This document shows, piece by piece, positions 10,901-19,245 of a DNA stretch of 64,000 bases. Positions within the stretch are counted from its first letter, which is position 1; the number at the start of each line of letters is the position of its first letter. The position numbers were made by a program, and so were the translations under genes. Origin of the DNA: Spirochaetia bacterium (GTDB lineage Bacteria > Spirochaetota > Spirochaetia > WTKD01 > G963693115); the NCBI GenBank assembly GCA_965226055.1, contig CBDDCA010000006.1:864001-928000 (forward strand), given 5' to 3'. Under the pieces are notes generated by a model. That model ran no database searches, was not told the DNA's origin, and saw nothing but the letters and a program-made list of their open reading frames with translations.

Positions 10901-13624
10901 GGTGTTAATTTTAAGCTCGCCTCTAATGCAAGTACTGATGCAGTTACTATAAGTAGTTTGCAACCAGGAGCATTATCAGGTGGTCAGATATCTAATGATG
11001 CAGGAACAATAACTGTTAACAGTAATGTAGATGTAGCAGGAACTGGTAAATACAGAGTATCTCTTACAGCTACAGGTTCTGCTGCTCCATATGTGGTACT
11101 GACAAAAGACGTAAGTATTACCATTCAGAAGAACGGTCTTTCTGGTGTGACACATGCATATAGTACAGGTTTTTCAGGAAATGTAATTAAAGTAGGGGAT
11201 ACAGAGGTAACAGGAACAGTGAATATGACAAATCTCCCTGCTACTCCAAATGACTATACTACACAAGTATTACAAAAGGGTAAATTACTCCTTGGTACTT
11301 CAATAATAGATGTATCAGCCCCAAGTGATAGCCCAGAAAGATTTATTATCGCAGCAGATCCAAAGGCAGCAGATAAAGGTCCATATACATTAATTCTTAC
11401 TCCAAACGCTGCACTATCAAAGTCAGTATCAGGAAGTTATGAGATTAACTTTGACGTAACTGCAAAAGGCTTAACTTCTTTTTCTTATGCTAGTTCACCA
11501 TTCAACATTAGGAAAGGGACTGCAATATCTAGTGCAACAGTGTCTGTGGCAAGTGGTGCTACTCATCCTAATGGAGGAAAATTTTCAATATCTCCTGCTC
11601 TTCCAGACGGCTTAAGTATTGCTGAGGCTACAGGAGCAATAACAGGAACACCATCAGCATATCAAGAAGCAACAGAATACACTGTTACATATACCCCTGC
11701 CGATACTAGTACACATACAGTATCTACCACTAAAATTTCGATTAAAGTTGCAGCAAGTGTTACATATAATGGTTCACCATTTACATTTGTAAAAGGTACA
11801 AGTGTTGGTTCTAGCAACACAGTAACCGTCAACCCTTCTGCTTCAGGTACATATAGCGTGAGTTCAAAAACTCCTCTTCCTGCAGGATTGAGTGTAAATT
11901 CTGGTACAGGAGCAATAGAAGGAACACCTACTGAACCAAAAGCACAAGCTGATTATACAATAGAGTTTGATCCTACTACTGCAGGTCAGCCTAATGTTTC
12001 TGCTACTGTGAGAATTACAGTACAAGGAATAAGCTATGCTAATGCTAGCTATACATTTGTAAAAGGTACTCAGATTACTAATCAATCGGTAACAAAGGTA
12101 GGAACAACTTCTGCAGGAGCATTTAGTGTAAGTCCTAGTCTTCCAGCTGGATTAAGTTTAGCTGGTAATACTGGAGTAATAAGTGGAACACCTACTGCAG
12201 CCGCAGCCGCAGCTAATTATGTGATAACATTTAATCCTACTCCTGGTGGTGAAGCTAATCTTACTACTACTATAAGCATTACAGTACAAGGAATAAACTA
12301 TTCTAGTGCTAGTTATTCTTTTATAAAAGGTAGTGCGATTACTAATCAATCGGTAACAAAGGTAGGAACAACTTCTGCAGGAGCATTTAGTGTAAGTCCT
12401 AGTCTTCCAGCTGGATTAAGTTTAGCTAGTGATACTGGAGTAATAAGTGGAACACCTACTGCATTATCAGCAGCAGCTAATTATACGATAACATTTGATC
12501 CTACTCCTAGTGGTGAGTCTAATCTTACTGTTATTGTTAGCATTGCAGTAATACAAAGAATAAGCTATGCTAATGCACCATTTACATTTGTAAGAGGTAG
12601 TGCGATTTCTAATCAATCAGTAACAAAAGAAGGAACAACTTCTGCAGGAGCATTTAGTGTAAGTCCTAGTCTTCCAAATGGATTAAGTTTAGCTGGTAAT
12701 ACTGGAGTAATAAGTGGAACACCTACTGCAGCCGCAGTCGCAGCTAATTATGTGATAACATTTAATCCTACTCCTAGTGGTGAAGCTAATCTTACTACTA
12801 CTATAAGCATTACAGTACAAGGAATAAGCTATTCTAGTGCTAGTTATTCTTTTATAAAAGGTAGTGCGATTACTAATCAATCGGTAACAAAGGTAGGAAC
12901 AACTTCTGCAGGAGTATTTAGTGTAAGTCCTAATCTTCCAACTGGATTAAGTTTAGCTAGTGATACTGGAGTAATAAGTGGAACACCTACTGCATTATCA
13001 GCAGCAGCTAATTATACGATAACATTTAATCCTACTCCTAGTGGTGAGTCTAATCTTACTGTTATTGTTAGTATTGCAGTAATACAAAGAATACGCTATG
13101 CTAATGCACCATTTACATTTGTAAGAGGTAGTGCGATTTCTAATCAATCAGTAACAAAAGAAGGAACAACTTCTGCAGGAGCATTTAGTGTAAATCCTAG
13201 TCTTCCATCTGGATTAAGTTTAGCTAGTAATACTGGAGTAATAAGTGGAACACCTACTGTAGCCGCAGCAGCAGCTAATTATGTGATAACATTTAATCCT
13301 ACTCCTAATGGTGAATCTAATCTTACTACTACTATAAGCATTACAGTACAAGGAATAAGCTATACTGGTAGCCCTTATACTTTTACAGACGGTAGTGCGA
13401 TTAGTGCAAAAACAGTAACAAAGACAGGAACAAGCTCTGCAGGTCAATTTAGTATAAGTCCAAATCTGACTACTAATACAGGTTTAGTTTTTAATACTAC
13501 TACAGGACAAATATCAGGAACTCCAAATAAAACGAGTTCTCGAACAACATATACGATAACATTTAATCCTACTCCTAGTGGTGAATCTAATCTTACTACT
13601 ACTATTCAAGTTACAGTCAATTAA
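7976..13624 (+). CDS. giant surface lipoprotein: N-terminal Fn3-like beta region, C-terminal putative Ig (He_PIG-like) repeats
   Basis: Signal peptide ending LVFAG-C then Ser-rich linker; repeated FSVSPSLPAGLSL..TGVISGTPT motifs. Confidence 0.8.
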   Translation: MKKSLFQKSPLWLLLPITIISLVFAGCSSDSSDSGGSSSSITGLSYVTVASGTGANVDVSFVAPPEADAVKIVATPTSEGLNSPLDSILGSVLSSFEEAKTVTVTVPRSQFVSSSSSGAISKIILKGLRSYTSYSFNVYAVSESGESSAVSNLPEVAIPVVTTAPQDVISQSDVSILLEEDKSIKLKWDTNRIQAGLVDFTKVRFSVHTAGDTEIAVYNVDDLSAGEVTLSDINTIDPATYTVKAIYTSANGIPSAKKMVINLVPSKLKSDIQAIAGLKVEAKNKANSADADEALYISWTSYDYSAAKAGTKIAVTVSVGKFPIKTVIVNNASVTDINKAVPVAAGRTVFFPTKNAIWVSNLYGTKTYNVSVVVHDDYGSMSSAMTASAKTTDTQTEPVTGVIGRPLGNSIVATWSVPNIGDYVGVNVRLLDTADAVKPTDDDPDKNVVSTLEIRGDTILRAVFNDVKEGVYRVAVATVDATGNVSKQGDKDLFVESTVDATIASDAKKDTTAPPAPTLATNYPKYYYKANGTEVDVVLQLSFAPSNNFALQDVKSATVILSKKEGKDTAAATAATASVVSTSTYEPSTGFFMTLRNLKRDTASLVTKYTATIYYTDVFGNGDGTVAANRLDQALSFDAVSTAPQKSEVAFTNTPKGNNLYGIEIASSVSGYDNGVPLIKATVTFSSGKRLLALYGSDETVPIAAKQLDTTGSVYFGEKDGISFPEGTENTGKTAIESGGMTYKAKLFEVYNSGLYSQATALDDITVADIVSTAPEAAEIEGVTGDASTSTLIFNETTGELTVPFKESSGTAAKDPSNNNVAPNKVLYKVYATTESVSGSTADDKIKNIKDIANVRMAQVQGTNAGADRTVKFFGFSADDKDATFTVAIEAINTFNTSFSNNVTATGKAQQKTATALGSDASFSYAGNGDPKVANTYVFPYSSSSKTETIAKPTLASLTIPSGATLTKFTLTYVSGVNFKLASNASTDAVTISSLQPGALSGGQISNDAGTITVNSNVDVAGTGKYRVSLTATGSAAPYVVLTKDVSITIQKNGLSGVTHAYSTGFSGNVIKVGDTEVTGTVNMTNLPATPNDYTTQVLQKGKLLLGTSIIDVSAPSDSPERFIIAADPKAADKGPYTLILTPNAALSKSVSGSYEINFDVTAKGLTSFSYASSPFNIRKGTAISSATVSVASGATHPNGGKFSISPALPDGLSIAEATGAITGTPSAYQEATEYTVTYTPADTSTHTVSTTKISIKVAASVTYNGSPFTFVKGTSVGSSNTVTVNPSASGTYSVSSKTPLPAGLSVNSGTGAIEGTPTEPKAQADYTIEFDPTTAGQPNVSATVRITVQGISYANASYTFVKGTQITNQSVTKVGTTSAGAFSVSPSLPAGLSLAGNTGVISGTPTAAAAAANYVITFNPTPGGEANLTTTISITVQGINYSSASYSFIKGSAITNQSVTKVGTTSAGAFSVSPSLPAGLSLASDTGVISGTPTALSAAANYTITFDPTPSGESNLTVIVSIAVIQRISYANAPFTFVRGSAISNQSVTKEGTTSAGAFSVSPSLPNGLSLAGNTGVISGTPTAAAVAANYVITFNPTPSGEANLTTTISITVQGISYSSASYSFIKGSAITNQSVTKVGTTSAGVFSVSPNLPTGLSLASDTGVISGTPTALSAAANYTITFNPTPSGESNLTVIVSIAVIQRIRYANAPFTFVRGSAISNQSVTKEGTTSAGAFSVNPSLPSGLSLASNTGVISGTPTVAAAAANYVITFNPTPNGESNLTTTISITVQGISYTGSPYTFTDGSAISAKTVTKTGTSSAGQFSISPNLTTNTGLVFNTTTGQISGTPNKTSSRTTYTITFNPTPSGESNLTTTIQVTVN
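12014..13365 (+). repeat. intragenic near-identical tandem repeats: alternating 264/267-bp units, 531-bp higher-order period
   Basis: ATTACAGTACAAGGAATAA recurs at ~12014, 12278, 12809 and 13340; antisense shadow ORFs recur at 12158, 12689, 13220. Confidence 0.9.
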
Positions 13625-13666
13625 CCAATACTGAAGTTCAGAAGAGTATAGATACTCTTCTCAAGC

Positions 13667-13700
13667 AAAAAAGCCAGTGCATTATGCACTGGCTTTTTTT
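13667..13700. terminator. bidirectional rho-independent terminator
   Basis: AAAAAAGCCAGTGCA-TTA-TGCACTGGCTTTTTTT. Confidence 0.9.
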
Positions 13701-13789
13701 ATAGACAATTATATGTCTTATTGATGATACTCATTACACTATGAGTACATTGATTTTTCCCATATATAATTATCACAGCCTTTACTCAT

Positions 13790-13856
13790 AAAAAAACCCG
13801 CAGTATACTGCGGGTATGATTTGTAACTATGTAAATAGCTATCCTCAACCTATATA
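13790..13856 (-). ncRNA. candidate ~65-nt small RNA divergent from groES
   Basis: Minus-strand TTGACA(13890-85)-N16-TATATT, then terminator ACCCGCAGTATACTGCGGGTTTTTT; no meaningful ORF. Confidence 0.4.
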
Positions 13857-13900
13857 CATAAGAATATAAAAAAAAATTTTTTTTTGTCAAATAGTGTGTA

Positions 13901-13929
13901 TTGACATATAATGACAAACATACTATGAT
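13901..13929 (+). promoter_or_regulatory. sigma70 promoter of groES
   Basis: TTGACA-N17-TATGAT. Confidence 0.7.
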
Positions 13930-13973
13930 ATAAACATACAATAAAAAATTATACTTAACATTAGGAGGATAAG

Positions 13974-14240
13974 ATGAAAGTAACTCCCCTTGGAGATAGA
14001 GTGTTATTAAAAATAGCTCCCGAAGAAAGTACTACAAAAGGTGGTATTATAATTCCTGATACTGCAAGAGAAAAAACACAGACAGGAACAGTAGTATCTA
14101 TTGGTGATAGTTCTGATATTAAACAAGTAAAAGTTGGGAACAAAGTTATTTACGATAAGTATGCAGGTTCTCAAATTGAAATAGATTCAGTAGAGCATTT
14201 AGTCATTGCTTTCAAGGATATTTTAGCTATTGTTGAATAA
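13974..14240 (+). CDS. groES: co-chaperonin GroES (monocistronic)
   Basis: Motifs PLGDRVL, TKGGIIIPDTAREK, KYAG, DILAIVE; RBS AGGAGG. Confidence 0.97.
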   Translation: MKVTPLGDRVLLKIAPEESTTKGGIIIPDTAREKTQTGTVVSIGDSSDIKQVKVGNKVIYDKYAGSQIEIDSVEHLVIAFKDILAIVE

Positions 14241-14274
14241 CAGTTACTACAATAAATAATTGTATATCTATTGT

Positions 14275-14311
14275 AAAGCACCCTTTTTCTTATGAGAGAG
14301 GGTGTTTTTTT
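14275..14311. terminator. rho-independent terminator between convergent groES and aroA
   Basis: AAAGCACCCTTTTTC-TTAT-GAGAGAGGGTGTTTTTTT. Confidence 0.75.
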
Positions 14312-14333
14312 AAACACTATCATGTATAGAGAG

Positions 14334-15746
14334 TTAGGTCTGTATAACATTGTAGGTAGCACCTAGTGTTTTTAGCGTGGCATAAAAGGTAGGGTATGTT
14401 ATTTCAGCAACAGTATAGTCCTGTATAGTTATGCCTTTTTGAGAGCGGAGGGCTGCTATTGCAAACGCCATAGCAATACGATGATCTCCATGTGAATGGA
14501 TAGTTCCGCCTTGTATGGTGGATGGATATATTGTCATACCGTCCGCATGTTCTTGGCATTGTACTCCTAATTGAGTCAGTTCTTTGGTCATTATTGCAAT
14601 TCTATCAGTTTCTTTTATGCGTGCATGGGCAACCCCAGTAAAGGTGATGGGCTGTTTTGCAAAACAGGCGCATACGGCAAGTATGGGTAACGAGTCAGGA
14701 ATGTCTTGTAAATTAAATGTTCCGCCTGATAGTTGAGGAAGCTGATGACTGTGCTGTGTTTCTGTTTTTTTAGAAAGACTCCATCCTCCTTGCGAGTTTT
14801 GATGCCAGTAAAAATGAATTCCCATATGCTTAAGAATAGCAAGTATTTTTTTGTCTGCTTGTATGTCATCTTTGTCAAGTCCAGTAATAGTGATAGTATC
14901 GTTAAAGAGTGCAGTAGCACATATAAAAAAAGCAGCAGAAGAATAATCTCCACTGATAGTAGTATGAAAAGGAGCTATGGATGAAGAGCCTTGTATAGTA
15001 AACGAGCGATACTGTTTTTGATTCTGTACTGGTACGTGAAAGCGTTCTAGCCATTGTAATGTCATATCAATGTAAGGAAACTCTCCGTTTAGTTCTGCGT
15101 GTATGGTGCTTTTGTTCTCAAGAAAAGAGAGAGCTATGAGTAAAGCTGAGAGATATTGGCTGGTGGGACAGGAGAGAGATACATTGCCTGCTTGTATGGG
15201 ACCTGTAATACTGTAAGGGGCATAATACTGTTTTTCTGTGGTATTGTGATATGTTATCGTTGCTCCCAACTGTTTTAGTGCAACAAGGAGGTCTTTGGCA
15301 CTGCGTTTTTGTATAGAAGCGTCTCCTGTAAAGTATACGGGGGTGTTTCCTAGCGCTGCGAGAGCGGTTGCAAGGTACAAAGTGGTGCCACTGTTTCCTA
15401 CATCAATAGTAATGCTGTTGTTTGAGCGTATGGTGTGTTTTTTTGTGTTTGATTGTGTACGGGCTAAGTGAGAGTTAAACTGTAAATTATGGAGTCCAGG
15501 ACTGTCTATTGTTATGGATTGCCCTAATATGGTGCTTTTTACTCCCCATGCTGTGAGTACATTGATGCAGCTTACTGTGTCTCCTGATAGGAGGATGTTA
15601 TTGATAGTGCTTGATCCTTTTGCCATTGCAGCAAGTAATAAAGCGCGGATGCTATGGCTTTTTGAGCTTGGCACTGCTATAGTGCCTGAGAGAGAGGTGT
15701 GTTTTATGGGAGCAATAAATAATGAAGAAGTATTGGTATGTTCCAT
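14334..15746 (-). CDS. aroA: 3-phosphoshikimate 1-carboxyvinyltransferase (EPSP synthase)
   Basis: Motifs PSSKSHSIR, GNSGTT, SQYLSALL, RIKETDRI, DHRIAMA. Confidence 0.95.
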   Translation of the reverse strand: MEHTNTSSLFIAPIKHTSLSGTIAVPSSKSHSIRALLLAAMAKGSSTINNILLSGDTVSCINVLTAWGVKSTILGQSITIDSPGLHNLQFNSHLARTQSNTKKHTIRSNNSITIDVGNSGTTLYLATALAALGNTPVYFTGDASIQKRSAKDLLVALKQLGATITYHNTTEKQYYAPYSITGPIQAGNVSLSCPTSQYLSALLIALSFLENKSTIHAELNGEFPYIDMTLQWLERFHVPVQNQKQYRSFTIQGSSSIAPFHTTISGDYSSAAFFICATALFNDTITITGLDKDDIQADKKILAILKHMGIHFYWHQNSQGGWSLSKKTETQHSHQLPQLSGGTFNLQDIPDSLPILAVCACFAKQPITFTGVAHARIKETDRIAIMTKELTQLGVQCQEHADGMTIYPSTIQGGTIHSHGDHRIAMAFAIAALRSQKGITIQDYTVAEITYPTFYATLKTLGATYNVIQT

Positions 15747-15776
15747 TCTATTGTGTGTTTTGTTTATGCTAGGTTG

Positions 15777-17180
15777 TTATATCATAGTGTTTGGATCTAG
15801 TAATGTTTCTACTTCGTTTTTTTCTAATATGTTTTCTTCTAAAATGACTTCTCTGATAGTTCGTTTTTCGTGGTATGCTTTGTGAGCAAGTGCTGCTGCT
15901 TTATCATATCCAATTTTTAATGCAAGTGGGGTAACAAGTGCAAGCGATTGTTCTATCCAATAGTTACTTCGTTGTGCGTCAGCAGTGATGCCTGCAATAC
16001 ATTTGTTTTGTAAGACTGCGCATGTGTTGCCTGCAAGCTCTAATGCACTGATACATTCATGTGAAATAACAGGATACATCATAATAAGTTGTAAGGGTCC
16101 GTTTTGTGCTCCTATGCGTACTGTTTCTGCTTTGCCTAATAGATGAGCTGCAGATTGTATAGTCATTTCGGGAATAACAGGATTTATTTTTCCTGGCATG
16201 ATTGAGGAGCCTGGCTGTAGTTCGGGTAATACTATTTCAGCTAATGAGGTGCGAGGCCCACTTGCTAATAGGCGTATATCATTTGCTATTTTTATGAGTG
16301 CTGTTGCCAACACTGATATAGCTCCCATAAGACTTACAAAGGCTTCTGCTCCTGCCATGCGAGCAAATTTGTTTTCTGCAGAAGTAAAGGAAGTATGTGT
16401 GTCGTGTACTAAAGATTGTATAAATTGTTCTGGAAAATGTTTTGCACAGTTTAATCCTGTGCCTACTGCTGTTCCTCCTTGTGGGAGTTCGGAAAGATCT
16501 TGTTTACAACGAATAAGCTGTGTTTTTGCAAAATCAAGCTGGGAAGCAAACGCTGAAAATTCTTGTCCTAAGGTCATAGGTACGGCATCTTGAAGATGGG
16601 TACGTCCAATTTTTATGATATTTGAAAATTCTTTGCTTTTTGTAGTGCATCCGTCAATAAGAGAATGGAGTTGTGTAATACATGTTTCTAGCTGTAATCG
16701 ACATGCAATGTAAATTGCAGTAGGAATCGTGTCATTGGAAGATTGCCCTCTATTGACATGGTCGTTGGGGTGTACTTTACGAGAAGCTATATAGTGTTCT
16801 GTGTTTCTATCAAGTCCAAGTATTTCGTTTGAACGGTTGGCTATCACTTCGTTTATGTTCATGTTCCATGAAGTGCCGCTTCCTGTTTGCATTACATCAA
16901 TGGGAAAGTGATCGTTAAATTTTCCTGCTATTACTTCATCTGCACTTTGTATAATGGCATGTGCTATTTCATCATCAATAGTATGTAAGGATTGGTTGGC
17001 TTTTGCTGCATGCTTTTTGATTAAGGCTAATGCTTTAATCATCTGCGGATGAATGCGTAAAGGTGAGATTGCAAAGTTTTCTGTTGCTCGTTGGGTTTGT
17101 GCTCCCCAATATGCAGTTTTGGGGACCTGCATTTCGCCCATAGAGTCTTTTTCTATTCTGTAGTTTTGTTCTGTTGTCAT
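15777..17180 (-). CDS. fumC: class II fumarate hydratase
   Basis: Motifs RIEKDSMG, WGAQTQR, QTGSGTS, GRTHLQDA, GSSIMPGKINP. Confidence 0.92.
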   Translation of the reverse strand: MTTEQNYRIEKDSMGEMQVPKTAYWGAQTQRATENFAISPLRIHPQMIKALALIKKHAAKANQSLHTIDDEIAHAIIQSADEVIAGKFNDHFPIDVMQTGSGTSWNMNINEVIANRSNEILGLDRNTEHYIASRKVHPNDHVNRGQSSNDTIPTAIYIACRLQLETCITQLHSLIDGCTTKSKEFSNIIKIGRTHLQDAVPMTLGQEFSAFASQLDFAKTQLIRCKQDLSELPQGGTAVGTGLNCAKHFPEQFIQSLVHDTHTSFTSAENKFARMAGAEAFVSLMGAISVLATALIKIANDIRLLASGPRTSLAEIVLPELQPGSSIMPGKINPVIPEMTIQSAAHLLGKAETVRIGAQNGPLQLIMMYPVISHECISALELAGNTCAVLQNKCIAGITADAQRSNYWIEQSLALVTPLALKIGYDKAAALAHKAYHEKRTIREVILEENILEKNEVETLLDPNTMI

Positions 17181-17286
17181 TGTGTGTTCCTTTCTTTTTT
17201 TGTTACGGCTACTCTCTATTATAGCAAATAGAGAGAGAACATTGTATGTGTGTGGTGTTTGTAATACAAGAGGGTATTATATAGAT

Positions 17287-18195
17287 TTATTCACTGAGCT
17301 GTAAAAATGCTTCACCTCTGTTGTTTTCAATTATCTTGTACACTTGACTGTAGCTAAATGTCATCATACAAATATGATGTATGCTCAGTACTGCTTCTTG
17401 TAATTCTTGATTATTTTCAAGCATTGTTATGTTTAATTTACATTTTTTTGTAAGGGTACTTGCAGAGTACTGTCTATTATGTGCGTATGTTGTTTCATGT
17501 GATCCGAGAAATTTTATAATATCTCCTATCTTGTTTTTTGCTTCATTATCATCCTTAAACATATTTGAATATAACCAAGTTGTGATAAGTTCTTTTGACC
17601 ATGCAATAGCTTTTTCGCATTCCCCTAATAATGTTGGGTTATATTTATTTAAGATATATCCCCAAATATGTATAAGGCTTTGGTTATCTTCAATTTCTTC
17701 TTTTGCTTTTTTGAATTCTTCAAGAATACCTTGTGCAGATGTTATGCCTATTTGTGGATCAAAGGGACCTATGCTTGAATGTTTTCCCATAATAATTTCT
17801 TTTGATGCCATAGTAATCATAGTACCTGCGGACATGGCGAGTTGTGGAATTATTGTACGAATATCATTACCAAACATGTCTTTTAGGTAGTGAACTAAAG
17901 ATTCAGTTGCTGCTAAATCACCTCCGGGAGTATGCAGTATTAAGTCAAGCCCGTTGTCTCTATTAAGTCCCTTGATAGTGGTCATAAATCCTATTTTATC
18001 TTTATCATTTATGCTGTTATCATTGTTACTTTTATTATTAAAAAAATCTGAGTAGTATACTATTGTATTTCTTTTTGTAATATCAGATAAACGCTTTATA
18101 TATTCTTTTCGTTTTCTATCAATAATATCAATACTTTCAGTATTTCTAGAGAGTTCTTCTATGATTTCTTTTTCTATTTCATTCCAAGAAGGCAT
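17287..18195 (-). CDS. SDH-family (ClpP-class, S49-like) serine proteinase
   Basis: Motifs LDLILHTPGG, PQLAMSAGTMI (nucleophile Ser), SSIGPFDPQ, HNR; more AT-rich than neighbours. Confidence 0.85.
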   Translation of the reverse strand: MPSWNEIEKEIIEELSRNTESIDIIDRKRKEYIKRLSDITKRNTIVYYSDFFNNKSNNDNSINDKDKIGFMTTIKGLNRDNGLDLILHTPGGDLAATESLVHYLKDMFGNDIRTIIPQLAMSAGTMITMASKEIIMGKHSSIGPFDPQIGITSAQGILEEFKKAKEEIEDNQSLIHIWGYILNKYNPTLLGECEKAIAWSKELITTWLYSNMFKDDNEAKNKIGDIIKFLGSHETTYAHNRQYSASTLTKKCKLNITMLENNQELQEAVLSIHHICMMTFSYSQVYKIIENNRGEAFLQLSE

Positions 18196-18197
18196 TT

Positions 18198-18482
18198 TTA
18201 TATTTTTGGTAAAGGGCGAGAGCTACCTGATAGTCGAGTGATAGGCTGCCTTGTTTGAGGTGCGGGAGAGATTCTTGGTAAAGGGCGAGAGCTACCTGAT
18301 AGTCGAGTGATAGGCTGTCGTGTGTGAGGTGCAGGAGAGGTTCCTGGTAAAGGGCGAGAGCTACCTGATAGCCGAGTGATAGGCTGTCGTGTATGAGGTG
18401 CAGGAGAAGAATTATTTTGTGTAAGAGACGCTGTTTCATGGAATGAATGAAAATTTTTTGATATTGTTGTTTCTTTTTTCAT
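18198..18482 (-). CDS. 94-aa peptide: ~25-aa leader plus 3 tandem 23-aa Pro/Arg/Ser-rich repeats
   Basis: RBS AAGGAG before the ATG; stop lies 2 nt before the protease ATG; repeat SPAP(H/Q)TRQPITRLSGSSRPLPxx. Confidence 0.7.
   Translation of the reverse strand: MKKETTISKNFHSFHETASLTQNNSSPAPHTRQPITRLSGSSRPLPGTSPAPHTRQPITRLSGSSRPLPRISPAPQTRQPITRLSGSSRPLPKI
18207..18407. repeat. three tandem 69-bp direct repeats
   Basis: GGTAAAGGGCGAGAGCTACCTGATAG starts at 18208, 18277 and 18346. Confidence 0.95.
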
Positions 18483-18659
18483 ATAAAACTCCTTATATAT
18501 GTATTATAGTATACTCGGTTATTTTTTTGTTGTTATTCAATATGCTTGTTTTTTATGGGGTGTTTGGGAGACGCAATGAAATCATACTGTAGTTCCCCAT
18601 ATATTTGCTATAATAATGGTATAATATACATAAATACATGACTAAGAGGGTACAGCACT

Positions 18660-19244
18660 ATGAGTGAAATAAAATCAGCCTATGAAAAAGCGATGGAACG
18701 ATTTCAAGATGTGAAAGCAGATAAAAAATCGCTTAAACGAAAACAGATTATAGATAAAGGGCGTTCCTTGTGTGGAAGGTTTCTTAATGCAGAGAATGTT
18801 GACTTACAAGCAGAAATTGATACCTATAGTGAAGAAGAACGAGATTGGTTTCGCTATGGAGTAGGAGAAGCGATATTAAGTCGTATCATTCTTCCGAGCA
18901 CAAAAATGAATACTGATTTTGTCGATCCTATTATAAAAGCCACAATGATAGTGTCTGCACAGGCTGCTGTTGCAGAACAGTTGCTAAAACAGTATCAGCA
19001 ACTGTGTCAACAATATATAGATGAGCGACTAAAGTTTTCTGAGCAAATGGAAATGCAAATGCAACAGATGATGCAACAGCACGGTGCAGCGTTACAAAAT
19101 GAGCAGCAACGTTTAGCGTTTCAGCAAAAAATGGTAAAAAGTATGCAAGAACAGTTACAGCAGCTTGAAGATCAGTTTGCTCCTGCAGTGGATAAAGTAA
19201 AATCAAATTTACGACAACTTCTTGGAACGTGGATAGAAAAGTAG
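18660..19244 (+). CDS. conserved hypothetical coiled-coil protein (DUF6657-like)
   Basis: N-terminus MSEIKSAYEKAMER; Gln-rich helical C-terminus; abuts ychF. Confidence 0.6.
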   Translation: MSEIKSAYEKAMERFQDVKADKKSLKRKQIIDKGRSLCGRFLNAENVDLQAEIDTYSEEERDWFRYGVGEAILSRIILPSTKMNTDFVDPIIKATMIVSAQAAVAEQLLKQYQQLCQQYIDERLKFSEQMEMQMQQMMQQHGAALQNEQQRLAFQQKMVKSMQEQLQQLEDQFAPAVDKVKSNLRQLLGTWIEK

Positions 19245-19245
19245 T

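Noticed and set aside
13974-14240. groES without groEL as unusual
   Set aside because: Separation of groES and groEL is known in spirochetes such as Borrelia and Treponema
18207-18407. 69-bp repeats as a CRISPR array
   Set aside because: Units are contiguous with no unique spacers, the period is a multiple of 3, they lie inside an ORF, and no cas genes are present
18179-18439. Alternative-frame 86-aa ORF over the same repeats
   Set aside because: No RBS and it overlaps the protease start; the 94-aa frame has the RBS and tight coupling
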